Shown: one piece after another, positions 40,289-50,286 of the stretch
Layout of the letters: the number at the start of each line of letters is the position of its first letter
How positions within the stretch are numbered: position 1 is the stretch's first letter
Source: an uncultured Ignavibacteria bacterium
GTDB taxonomy: Bacteria > Zixibacteria > MSB-5A5 > SM1-73
Direction: 5' to 3'
DNA length: 64,000 bases
NCBI GenBank assembly: GCA_964580215.1
Contig: CAZOJT010000013.1
Coordinates: 1,268 to 65,267, forward strand
The notes under the pieces: model-generated
Seen by the model: the letters and a program-made list of their open reading frames with translations, nothing else
What the model was told of the DNA's origin: nothing
Databases searched by the model: none
Position numbers and translations under genes: made by a program

Positions 40289-41319
40289 AGACCAGTTTTC
40301 GGAAACGAATCTTTTCAGCCGATGCTCAGAGTGATGAACCTTCGCTTTCCGAAAAAAGCGAGATTGGTCGCATCTCGGAGCGGAAAGGAAAACCTGCTTT
40401 TCTGAAAAAGATTGTTGCCTTTTTAGTAATTCTCACCTGCTTCTTTTTTCTGGGGAAAACCCTTTATCACAACCTGGGACAGATAAGGGCTTATCAGTGG
40501 GACTTAAAACCATCCTTTCTTATCCTTTCATTTCTTTTCCTGGTGATCAATTTAGCCATCTCCGCTTTTGCCTGGAAAAAGATCCTCTATTTGTTTGAAG
40601 TCCGGTTACCTTTTAATCAGAGCTTCAAGATAATGTTCGTCTCCGGGTTAGGAAAATATCTTCCTGGAAAAGTCTGGCAATACCTCAGCCAGATATATTT
40701 ATCCGGGAAGGTAAAAATCTCTAAAAGCGTTACCCTCTTCAGCATGTTTTTGCTGTTTGGGGGTTATACTTTAGCCGGGATGCTGGTCTTTATTTTCTCA
40801 CTTTTCCTGTGGGATATGTTTTCGCCGGTCCTGCTCTCTTTCCTTCTTTTAATATTTTTCTTCATCTTTATGATCATTTTCTCTCCCCGAATCTTAAACC
40901 GCATATTGAAAGTTTTGACCCTTATCTCTGAAAAATTCAAGAAAGGACTAATTCCGGAAGAGTTGACCACCCGTGGTGGAATAAGTCAGATAGGTCAGAT
41001 CATCTTGATTTTGATGGCGGACTGGATAATCTTTGGAGTAGCGGTTTATTTTTTGATCAATTCTTTTTATCATATCGACCTTTCTCAGACAGTGATATTA
41101 TGTGGCATTTTCGCCATCTCGGTGATATCGGGAATTTTAAGTTTTTTCGTTCCAGCGGGATTGGGAGTCAGAGAAGGAATTTTAAGTTATCTGTTAAGCT
41201 TGTTTATACCTATCTCCGCCGCCATCTTGATTTCTCTGGTTATGAGAGTGTGGATGATTTTGGGAGAGTTGGCTTGTTTTTTTGTTGCCTTGAAGATCAA
41301 AAAGCCAGAATTGTGGTAA
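40285..41319 (+). CDS. Flippase-like polytopic membrane protein (lysylphosphatidylglycerol-synthase TM-region family)
   Basis: 344 aa with about 8 TM helices and a short cytoplasmic N-terminus. It is translationally coupled to the upstream gene. Confidence 0.4.
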   Translation: MKTSFRKRIFSADAQSDEPSLSEKSEIGRISERKGKPAFLKKIVAFLVILTCFFFLGKTLYHNLGQIRAYQWDLKPSFLILSFLFLVINLAISAFAWKKILYLFEVRLPFNQSFKIMFVSGLGKYLPGKVWQYLSQIYLSGKVKISKSVTLFSMFLLFGGYTLAGMLVFIFSLFLWDMFSPVLLSFLLLIFFFIFMIIFSPRILNRILKVLTLISEKFKKGLIPEELTTRGGISQIGQIILILMADWIIFGVAVYFLINSFYHIDLSQTVILCGIFAISVISGILSFFVPAGLGVREGILSYLLSLFIPISAAILISLVMRVWMILGELACFFVALKIKKPELW

Positions 41320-41396
41320 AGCATATTCAGACAAAATCTACACCGCGTAGCGGAGCCTTCATGGCTCCGCATCCAGCTTTTTAAAATGGTGAAAAA

Positions 41397-42137
41397 ATGA
41401 AGACTCAACAGTTACAGCATTTCCAGACCGACGGTGAAACCTGGCAAAAACGAGCAGCGAAAGGGAAACTTCCTGCGGTTATTGACCCCGGCGATCTGAA
41501 GGGAAGAAAAAATCTTTATATTGACACCCTACAAAAGATGGCAGTCCAGAAAGCACTGGGAAAAGAAAAAAGAAAGTTCATCCTTGATTTTGGCTGTGGA
41601 AGCGGAAGATTTTCAGACCTTTTAGCTGAAAGGTGTGAATTTCTGATGGGGATGGAAATAACCCACCAGATGCTTCTTCTGGCAAAAGATGAAAGCCAAT
41701 GTTCCAACACCGGTTTTGCCCTTTTTGATGGAATGAACTTTCCCCTAAAAGAGGGGAAGGTGGATACGGTGATCTCTGTGAACGTGCTCCAATACATCAC
41801 CAAGGATTCCGAGTTGAATAAAGTGCTCTCCCAGGTGCAGAAAAGTCTAAAGCCCGGAGGCAAATTTATTGACATAGAGCAGGTAACCAGAAACAAAAAA
41901 AGATGGCAGAGGGACTTGAAAACGTATTTACGCTTCTTTGAACAGAATGATCTCAGAAAAGTTGCCGATTATCCTATAAGGAAAGGTCATTTTCTGTTCC
42001 TTTACCCGATCTACTTCGGTTTAATCCCGAAGAAGTGGTTTAAAACAATGGCAAGACTTGAGATGTTTTTAAGAAAAATCTTGTGGCAGTCGTTCTGGGA
42101 TTATCAGGATCATTTCTTTGAGATGGAAAAAATATGA
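41397..42137 (+). CDS. Class I SAM-dependent methyltransferase
   Basis: Motif I LDFGCGSGRFSDLL and motif II VISVNVLQYI are present. Confidence 0.6.
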   Translation: MKTQQLQHFQTDGETWQKRAAKGKLPAVIDPGDLKGRKNLYIDTLQKMAVQKALGKEKRKFILDFGCGSGRFSDLLAERCEFLMGMEITHQMLLLAKDESQCSNTGFALFDGMNFPLKEGKVDTVISVNVLQYITKDSELNKVLSQVQKSLKPGGKFIDIEQVTRNKKRWQRDLKTYLRFFEQNDLRKVADYPIRKGHFLFLYPIYFGLIPKKWFKTMARLEMFLRKILWQSFWDYQDHFFEMEKI

Positions 42138-42520
42138 TTTGCCCAGAATTAGTAAACTCGTTTAACGTTGGCGAAGCTTGTATCGAAGCTCGAAAATCGA
42201 GGCTGGAGAAATGCGGATTAAAGAAGGATTTTTTCAAACATCGAGCTTCAATTGACCACAGGGTGAACGAGAACTCCAATTGTGTCATTCTGAACGGAGC
42301 CCTTCGGCACTTGTCACCCTGAGCGAAGCCTTGCCTAAGGCGGGCGAAGCGAAGGGTCTGGATTGCCTCAGGGTAAACTCCGCGGAGTGAAGAATCTTAG
42401 TTTTATGCGGGTTGGGAAGCGAGATTCTTCCCCACATGGGTCAGAATGACAATTCTCAGTCATCCTGCCCAGATTCGATACCAACCTCGAAAACGATAAC
42501 CGAGAAACAAAGCAATTTCG

Positions 42521-43294
42521 ATGAGCACAATAATTCTGATTTTGACAATATTGATAGGCTTAGCCCTGGGTAGTTTTTTAAACGTTTGCATCTACAGGAT
42601 TCCCCAGAAAAAATCCATACTTTTCCCCGGCTCGTTCTGTCCCAGGTGTAGAGCAAAGATTCGCTCCTACGACAACATCCCCCTTTTAAGCTACATCATC
42701 TTAAAGGGAAGATGCAGAAATTGCAAAGAGAAAATCTCTTTGCAATATCCCCTGGTGGAGTTTGTCACCTCCGCTTTGCTGGTTTTAGCCTATCTGCGCT
42801 TTGGGTTGACCTGGGATTTTGTGGCGAGAAGCATATTGATTCTCTTTATGATTTTGACCTTCTTTATCGACTTGAAGCACAGGATTATCCCGGATGTGCT
42901 CACCTTCCCCGGTATCATCCTCGGCTTCCTTTTATCCTTTGTGGTCAAATCCCCGTCTATTTTGAATTCGCTTCTGGGGATTCTGGTGGGCGGTGGAATG
43001 TTTTATCTGGCTGCTATTTTAGGAGAGCTCCTTTTTAAAAAAGAGAGCTTGGGGGGAGGAGATATAAAGCTGGCTATGATGCTGGGAGCATTTTTAGGAT
43101 GGCAGAAGATACTTTTGGTGCTTCTGCTTTCCGCTTTCTTAGGCAGTCTAATCGGTGGCGTAGCTTTATTCTTCTCAAAGGATGTAAAAGAGACCCGAAC
43201 CATCCCCTTCGGTCCCTTCTTGGCTTTGGGGACAGTAATCGCCATGTTTGCAGGCGACGCTATAATTTCCGCATACTTAAAAACTTTCTTTTAG
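42521..43294 (+). CDS. pilD: Type IV prepilin peptidase (A24 family)
   Basis: A CPRC…CRNC tetra-Cys zinc motif is in the first cytoplasmic loop. The polytopic membrane core has conserved Asp residues, consistent with A24 family peptidases. Confidence 0.8.
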   Translation: MSTIILILTILIGLALGSFLNVCIYRIPQKKSILFPGSFCPRCRAKIRSYDNIPLLSYIILKGRCRNCKEKISLQYPLVEFVTSALLVLAYLRFGLTWDFVARSILILFMILTFFIDLKHRIIPDVLTFPGIILGFLLSFVVKSPSILNSLLGILVGGGMFYLAAILGELLFKKESLGGGDIKLAMMLGAFLGWQKILLVLLLSAFLGSLIGGVALFFSKDVKETRTIPFGPFLALGTVIAMFAGDAIISAYLKTFF

Positions 43295-43542
43295 AATCTG
43301 AACCCCTTCTTCCACCCAAAGCAGTTTTTTTCATTTCATAGATTACCACGGACTCTGTAGAGAGGACTCTCTGAATAGTTTTATATCCTGAGAAGACCTC
43401 ACCCCCGTCTCTCCCCCTCTCCACAAAGAGACTGTGTCATAATTATGAGGAGCGGAGGTAGAGATTTTTGAAAATAAACTATACCATTCAACATGCGATA
43501 TGCTGTCTTATGCTGTAAAGATAAATATGAAAGGAGCATATT

Positions 43543-45150
43543 ATGGCATATCGACATGGTGATAGAAATCAAATGCAACTGCTTCCACCAAACATAGAAG
43601 AATACGTAACTCCGGATGATTCTGTTCGGGCGTATAGTGCCTTTGTGGATTCGCTTTCTCTGGCTGAGTTGGGCATCCTTTGGGATGAACATAAAGTTGG
43701 CAACTCCGAATATAATCCTAAAGCCATGATCAAGCTTTTGGTATATGGCTACTCCTATGGTTTACGCAGTTCTCGGAAATTGGAAATGGCGACTTATCAT
43801 AACCTCTCTTTTATCTGGTCCTATGGATCCAAATTCGGACTTATGGGTGGTCTGATTGAAGGCAATACGCTTTTTGTGGATGGGAGTAAGATAAGGGCGA
43901 ATGCCTCCATTGGTAATACCTGGACACCAGATAGATGTGAACGCTATCTTAAGGAGGTGGATCAGCATATAGAATCCATTCTTTCTGAGTGCGACACTAT
44001 GGATGAACAAGAACAGGATCATTCCTCTCTGGTTAAGCTTTCAGAAGAGCTGAAAGATAAAGAACGTCTTAAATCCAGTCCCGCCTCTGGCGGGATTGAA
44101 AGAACTCCAAGAACAAGAAAGGGAATCAATAAACACCACCGATCCGGATTGTGTTAAGGTCAAAGGGCGTCAAGGCATTCATGCGGGTTATAATGGGCAG
44201 ATCGTGGTGGATGAAAAGCATGGGCTGATAGTGCACAGTGACGTGGTGAATGACGGAGACCCGTCTGGGAAAGTAATGATGTTCATCAGTTTGCCCATCA
44301 GACTTGTAGTGAGCGTAGCGAACCTATTGAACAGGCTAATCAAACCCTGGAACATAAATGTACCAGCGCCTGTGCGGATGCGGGTTATTCTGACATCCAA
44401 GAGTTAAAAAAGATCGATGACCAACATGCTCGTATGAGTGCATACGCATCACCGTTATCGTTCCTTCGCAAAAACAAGCTCATGATAGACCAGTAAAACC
44501 AAATGACAAAGAACAATTTCTTTATGATGAACCGAATGATCGTTATATTTGTCCGCGAGGACATTCCTTGAGTTATACTTTCTTAGATAAGCACAGGAAT
44601 CATAAAGTGTATCAGATTACAGATGCGTATGCTCGTATGAGTGCATACGCACATTCATACGAATAAATCTTTGTGTTTGGAGTGCCAGCATTTTGGTCTT
44701 TGCACCAAAGCTAAATATGGTGGACGAATAAGGCGTCTGATTCATGAGGACATTAAATTAAAACTAGAGCTCTGTAACATAAATTTATTCGCTATTGTAG
44801 TTGCCTGATTTATCAGGCATAGTGACGACAGTGCTCAATAAATTGAGCAACTACAATATCCTGAATTTATGTTACAGCCCACTAGAGCATCAATATAATA
44901 AAGAGTCATCACAAGCAATTTATAAACTAAGAAAAGAAAAGGTGGAACTCGAAGAGTCATACGACTTCCTTTTGGACATGCGTATGCACTCATACGAGCA
45001 TCAAACGAAATTTAGGAGTGACCTCCTTTCTGCTTCGAGGATTGGAAGGAGTTAAAGCAGAAATGTCGCTATTAGCCAGTTGCTTTGATATCACTCGCCT
45101 GATCAACATTGTTGGAGTTCCATTGCTTGTGGCAAAGCTTATGAGTTAAT
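43543..45150 (+). mobile_element. Degenerate IS1182/IS5-superfamily insertion sequence (transposase pseudogene with frameshifts and repeat insertions)
   Basis: The DUF772 N-terminal domain is present (QMQLLPPNIEEYVTPDDSVRAYSAFVDSL). DDE-region pieces appear in other frames (TDPDCVKVKGRQGIHAGYNGQIVVDEKHGLIV, CADAGYSDIQEL). A zinc-finger region and a C-terminal RGLEGVKAEMSLLASCFDITRL follow. Palindromic repeats are inserted at 44426-44449, 44625-44663 and 44978-45002. Confidence 0.6.
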
Positions 45151-45326
45151 CGTTTTTAGGATACATCTCTATGATTCTAGTGAATAAAACCATAATCTTG
45201 TAGAACAAAGTTAATATTGTTCTGTTTTTATTCCAAAACCTAAAACCTTATCTCCCTTAACCAGGTATTATGACACACCCTCAAAGTGGGGAGGGGGAAT
45301 AAGAGGGTGGGGTTTCAATTTCGTGG

Positions 45327-46388
45327 TTACCTTTTCTTTTTAGTAGTTCTCTTCTTTTCTGCTGTCTTCTTTTTCGCCTTTTTAGACTTAGCAGTCACTT
45401 TTCTCTTTGCCGGCTTCTTAACTTTCTTCGGTTTAAGAACCTTTTTAGCTGGTTTTTTGGCCTTTTTCGGTGTAGCAATCTTCTTCTTTTTAAGCGGTTT
45501 CTTAGCCTTTTTCTTTAGTCCCTCCAATTCCTGTTTCATCAAGACCGCCACTTCAGCCGGGCTTTCTGCCACCTTGATTTTTGCCTTTTGGAAGGCAGCG
45601 ACTTTTTCAGCCGCGGTTCCGCTTCCACCGGCGATTATGGCGCCAGCATGTCCCATTCTCTTTCCCGGAGGAGCGGTCCTTCCTGCCACAAAAGCCACCA
45701 CCGGCTTGGTCATGTTTTTCTTTATGAATGCCGCCGCCTCCTCCTCATCTGTTCCACCAATCTCACCGATCAAAACCACCGCCCTGGTCTGGGGGTCTTT
45801 TTCAAACATCTCCAACACGTCCAAAAAGCCTGTCCCCACGATCTGATCTCCACCAGTTCCCAAACAGGTGGATTGCCCCATGCCATTTTGGGTGAGATGA
45901 TACACCACCTCATAGGTCAAGGTTCCACTGCGAGAGACCACTCCCACATTGCCCTTCATATGAATCTGACCCGGCATAATCCCTACCTTGGTCACGCCGG
46001 GGGTAATCAAGCCGGGAGTATTCGGTCCCACCAACCTGGTCTTTTTGCCTTTCAAGTAATTGTACACTTCGAGCATGTCCATGGCGGGAATGCCTTCGCT
46101 TATGCAGATCACCAGATCAATTCCCGCCTCTGCCGCCTCGTAGATGGCATCCACGGCAAATTTTGAGGGGACGTAGATTACCGAGGTATTAGCTTTTGTG
46201 GCATCTCTTGCCTCTTTAACCGAGTCAAAGACTAAAACGCCTTCAACCCTTTCTCCTGCTTTCCCCGGTGTGACCCCAGCCACAACCTTTGTTCCGTAGT
46301 CCAGCATCTGTTTGGTATGAAACGCCCCATCCCGTCCGGTGATCCCCTGAACTATCACCCTGGTATTTTTGTCAATTAGTATGCTCAT
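45327..46388 (-). CDS. sucD: Succinyl-CoA synthetase alpha subunit with an atypical ~65-aa Lys/Ala/Pro-rich C-terminal tail
   Basis: The N-terminus [21 protein letters not shown] is canonical SucD, and the catalytic His region is present. The reading frame continues into [39 protein letters not shown]…KKKR before the stop. Confidence 0.85.
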   Translation of the reverse strand: MSILIDKNTRVIVQGITGRDGAFHTKQMLDYGTKVVAGVTPGKAGERVEGVLVFDSVKEARDATKANTSVIYVPSKFAVDAIYEAAEAGIDLVICISEGIPAMDMLEVYNYLKGKKTRLVGPNTPGLITPGVTKVGIMPGQIHMKGNVGVVSRSGTLTYEVVYHLTQNGMGQSTCLGTGGDQIVGTGFLDVLEMFEKDPQTRAVVLIGEIGGTDEEEAAAFIKKNMTKPVVAFVAGRTAPPGKRMGHAGAIIAGGSGTAAEKVAAFQKAKIKVAESPAEVAVLMKQELEGLKKKAKKPLKKKKIATPKKAKKPAKKVLKPKKVKKPAKRKVTAKSKKAKKKTAEKKRTTKKKR

Positions 46389-46394
46389 GGAAGT

Positions 46395-46500
46395 TCTCCT
46401 TTTTGTTAATTTATAGATTTTTTTCGGGCTGGGATGAATTCCCAGCCCTATGGGATTGAATGTCTACCTCATAGTCGGAGGAATTTATCCTCCGACATAA
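46395..46500. repeat. REP-like hairpins flanking the RAYT (ggctgggatgaattcccagccc; gtcggaggaatttatcctccgac)
   Basis: A matching hairpin ggctgggatgaattcccagccc lies at 47075-47105 on the other side of the transposase. Hairpins with a gaatttatc loop also occur at 46695-46715, 46760-46785 and 37115-37140. Confidence 0.7.
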
Positions 46501-47058
46501 CCCTCAAGATCAGTCTCACACTTCCCTGTTGCTGAAGAATATTTGTAATTCTCCGGTTTATCTGCTAATTTTGCCCTAACCGGGTTGTCGTGAATATAAT
46601 TTAGTCGTTGAACAAACTCCTTCTTGTTGCGAACAACATGATCGTAGAAGCTTGCCTGCCAGACCTTCGGTTTGGGCAGGGATAAATTCCCTGCCCAAAC
46701 TATGATTCTTAGATTCGCGGGACGAGGACAAATCCTCTGTCCTGTGGTTCTCCGGCTCATAGTCGGGGGAATTTATCCCCCGACTAAGTTGATTATATCT
46801 TCGAGCGAAACGACCTTTGATGTGACGCATCACATCGGAGATGGAATTTCTCTTATCCGGCACCAACATTAAATGAATATGATTAGGCATTACCACAAAA
46901 GCGAGAAGTCTAAATCTTAGCTTTTTCCTAACCTCGAAGATGGTTTGAATCAAAAGATCAGCCGCTTTCCCTTCTGAGAAAATTTTAGTGTTACGGTGCG
47001 TTTTGCTCGTGACAAAATGACAATAGTTCTCAAGGTTGAAACGAGCTACTTTACTCAT
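46485..47058 (-). pseudogene. REP-associated tyrosine transposase (RAYT / IS200-like Y1 HuH), interrupted by a ~130-bp hairpin insertion
   Basis: The N-terminal ORF carries the HuH motif (VMPNHIHLML) and …GRFARRYNQL. The C-terminal part continues in another frame with WQASFYDHVVRN…YIHDNPVRAKL (RAYT signature). Between them lie two gaatttatc-loop hairpins at 46665-46790. Confidence 0.65.
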
Positions 47059-47164
47059 AGTTAAATTCTAAGTCTTATGGCTGGGATGAATTCCCAGCCC
47101 TATGTATTGAATGGATATGTTCACCACTATATGGTTAAGAAATGTTCATTGCGTTGGACTTAGA

Positions 47165-48322
47165 CTAACCCCCGAACATGGTGGTTTGTGTCATTCCCGA
47201 AAGCTCAATCGCTCTCTTTACCACTTCTTCCATGGAGCTGGTGGCGGAGAGGTTTATCTCCTCTAAAATCTTTCTGGCTTTAGCTTCGTTGGTGCCGGTC
47301 AATCTCACCACAATGGGGACTCTTGGCTTTAGTTGTTTGACCGCATAAACTATTCCATTTGCCACATCGTCGCACCGGGTGATCCCTCCGAAGATGTTGA
47401 AAAGGATGGCCTTCACATTCGGGTCCCGCAGGATGATGTTCATGGCACTTACCACCTTCTCCGGGTTGGAGCTTCCTCCGATATCCAAAAAATTAGCGGG
47501 CTCAGCCCCAAATCTTTTTACCAGATCCATGGTAGCCATTGCCAGCCCGGCTCCGTTTACAATGCAACCTATGTTTCCGTCCAGTTTCACAAAGGAAAGC
47601 TCCTTTTCCCTTGCCTCAATTTCTGCTTTTTCCTCCGCATCCAGATCCCGCATCGCCTCGATTTCTGGATGCCTTGCCAGACCAGAATCATCTATGTTTA
47701 TCTTGGCATCTAAAGCCCACACCTCTCCGTCTGGTGTGGTGATGAACGGGTTTATCTCGGCTAAGGAGCAATCGTTTTCCGTGAAGGCGCTGTAGAGTTT
47801 CAAGATAACCGGACAAGTCTTATTGGCGATCTTTCTGTCCGAATAAAGTAGATAGGCTAAATTTCGGGCTTGAAAGTATTGCAAGCCTAAAAGCGGGTCC
47901 ACCTCCAACTTAAAAATCTTCTCTGGGGTCTCCCGGGCCACCTCCTCGATGTCTATTCCTCCTGCCGCTGAGACCATGATCACCGGCTTTTTGCTCTTTC
48001 GGTCGACGATCACACCCAGATAGGCTTCGCTGGCAATGTCTTTACACTCGGTGACTAAAATCTTCTTAACCGGAAGCCCCTTGATCTCCATACCCAAAAT
48101 CTGGGAAGCCATCTCGAATGCTTCATCCGGATTATCCGCCTTCTTTATACCGCCAGCTTTGCCTCTTCCTCCCACATGTACCTGCGCTTTCACCATAACC
48201 GGCTTACCGATCCTTGTGGCAATTTCTCTTGCTTCCTCCGGGGTGGTTGCCATCTCACCGGCAGGAAGAGGAATGCCATACTTGGCAAATATCTGTTTAG
48301 CCTGATATTCGTGTATCTTCAT
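47165..48322 (-). CDS. sucC: Succinyl-CoA synthetase beta subunit
   Basis: MKIHEYQAKQIFAKYGIPLP is the canonical ATP-grasp N-terminus. The start is chosen at the internal Met of the ORF. Confidence 0.9.
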   Translation of the reverse strand: MKIHEYQAKQIFAKYGIPLPAGEMATTPEEAREIATRIGKPVMVKAQVHVGGRGKAGGIKKADNPDEAFEMASQILGMEIKGLPVKKILVTECKDIASEAYLGVIVDRKSKKPVIMVSAAGGIDIEEVARETPEKIFKLEVDPLLGLQYFQARNLAYLLYSDRKIANKTCPVILKLYSAFTENDCSLAEINPFITTPDGEVWALDAKINIDDSGLARHPEIEAMRDLDAEEKAEIEAREKELSFVKLDGNIGCIVNGAGLAMATMDLVKRFGAEPANFLDIGGSSNPEKVVSAMNIILRDPNVKAILFNIFGGITRCDDVANGIVYAVKQLKPRVPIVVRLTGTNEAKARKILEEINLSATSSMEEVVKRAIELSGMTQTTMFGG

Positions 48323-48432
48323 AATGACTCCTTTGGTTTTATCCCCCCTTCTCCACGCCCACTCCACCGTCCGCCGACCGCCGCTAAACCAGTTCTTGCG
48401 GCGGACTGTCGACTGTGGACCGTGGGCGCTTT

Positions 48433-49821
48433 TTATTTCTGATTCGCTGAAGTGGTCGAGATATTTTTCAAAAAAACCTCTGCCTCCTTTAAGAGTCTAT
48501 CTTTTTGGTTTAGTTCAGGGTTATCCAGAACCAGCTCTAAAAGATAATTCAATACCTGTCCCACCAGAGGGGAGGGTGGAATCTTAAAAGTATCCATAAT
48601 ATCATTTCCCTTCACCTCCAAATCCTTCAACCCAAAAGGAGGTTTTCTCTCCAATTCCAGCCTTATCCTCTCCTCCAACTCATCCACGTCTTTGGTGCTT
48701 CCTTCCTTGCCCTGTGCCGTCACATCCGCTCTGCGTAAATCCAGAAGAGAAAACACAAGCTCCCCCCCCATCTTTCTTATCAGTCTCCGCACTCCTTTAT
48801 CAGTCACTCCGGTGGTAAACATGTGCTTATCTATCAGAAGGGTGACCTTTTCAATTATCTGATTGGAGTAGCGCAATCTTTGCAACACCTTCCGGGCGAC
48901 CCTGGCACCTCTTTTCTCATGTCCATAAAAAGTGGCACCTTCTTGGGTGGGAACCTTAGTCTCCGGCTTGGATATATCATGGAAAAGTGCCGCCAGACGA
49001 ATCACCAGATCTCGGGGGGCGAAGTCAACAGCCAATATAGAATGCTCGAACACGTCATAGGCGTGATAGCCGCCCGGCTGGGTTACTCCCACACAATCGG
49101 CTAACTCCGGCATAATCCTTTCTAAAAGCCCCACCCTTTGCATCAATCTGAAGCCAACGCTGGGATATTTAGCTTTAAGCAGTAGCTTGTTTAATTCCTC
49201 CTGAATTCTTTCTGATGAGATGGTGGTGATCAAATCCACATTCTCCTTTAGACTCTGAAGGGTGCCCTCTTCCAGCTCAAATTCAAACCTGGCGGCAAAC
49301 TGTATTCCCCGGAGCATCCTCAAAGGATCGTCCCTAAAAGAGTCGGGATTGGTAATACGGATTAATCTCCTTTTTATGTCTTTTCTTCCATTTAAAGGGT
49401 CCACCAACTCTCCCGTGGAAAGATCCTCCGCCACGGCGTTTATGGTGAAATCCCGGCGGGAAAGGTCATCCTCTACCTTCAGGTTATGATCGTATTCCAC
49501 CTTGAAGTCCTTATGCCCCGGTCCGGTGCTGTATTCCTTGCGAGGCAATGCAACATCAAAGACATGCTCCCCGTTGAATTTTTTGAAAGGCAGAAATTTT
49601 ATCACCCCAAAGGATTTTCCTACCAGATCCACCTTTCCAAATCCACTCAACAGAGAACAAAGCTCATCTATGGGGATTCCGGTTATCAGATAGTCTTTGT
49701 CCTTATCCGACAGGATGGGGGAGATATATTTGTCCCGCACCGCTCCCCCCACCTCGTAGATACTCCCTTTTTTTAGAATCGCCTTTACGATCTGGTCACT
49801 CAATCCCGCTATCTTTTCCAT
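48433..49821 (-). CDS. cca: CCA-adding tRNA nucleotidyltransferase with a C-terminal HD domain
   Basis: VGGAVRDKYI (GGxVRD), the PolyA_pol head domain and an HD motif (HDISKP) are present. Confidence 0.8.
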   Translation of the reverse strand: MEKIAGLSDQIVKAILKKGSIYEVGGAVRDKYISPILSDKDKDYLITGIPIDELCSLLSGFGKVDLVGKSFGVIKFLPFKKFNGEHVFDVALPRKEYSTGPGHKDFKVEYDHNLKVEDDLSRRDFTINAVAEDLSTGELVDPLNGRKDIKRRLIRITNPDSFRDDPLRMLRGIQFAARFEFELEEGTLQSLKENVDLITTISSERIQEELNKLLLKAKYPSVGFRLMQRVGLLERIMPELADCVGVTQPGGYHAYDVFEHSILAVDFAPRDLVIRLAALFHDISKPETKVPTQEGATFYGHEKRGARVARKVLQRLRYSNQIIEKVTLLIDKHMFTTGVTDKGVRRLIRKMGGELVFSLLDLRRADVTAQGKEGSTKDVDELEERIRLELERKPPFGLKDLEVKGNDIMDTFKIPPSPLVGQVLNYLLELVLDNPELNQKDRLLKEAEVFLKNISTTSANQK

Positions 49822-50286
49822 ATAAATTTCAATTCCAAACGAAAGTCGTTCGTTTCTTCAAAATTATGCTTCAGATACTTTTGACTGCCAAGCCATGAAG
49901 GCTTGGCTACGCAAAAATCAGCAATCAAATGCTACACGTTTATTCGTCTATCAGCCAAATGAAGGTGGCACATAATCTATCTTGATACAAACTGAAGCAC
50001 TCGTAGAAAAACCCAAACCTGAGTGCACTAGCCTGCTGGTGTGGTTTTCTTCTTGCGAAAGCAAGCTTTTGCACTCCGAAAAACTCTTTTTCAACAGTCC
50101 CTGAAGGTTGCGGCTACCTTTTTCTGTATTCCTCAATAAGAGCAACTTGGTAGCCGCTCCGCTCTCGGCGGAGCGCTTTTGCTTCTCTTACCTCACCCCC
50201 TGTCCTACGGATCTTCGATCTCCTTCTCCATTTCATGTTGAAAATCCCGCCGGAGGCGGGGGAGAGAGGACAAGGGGGGAGAGGTT

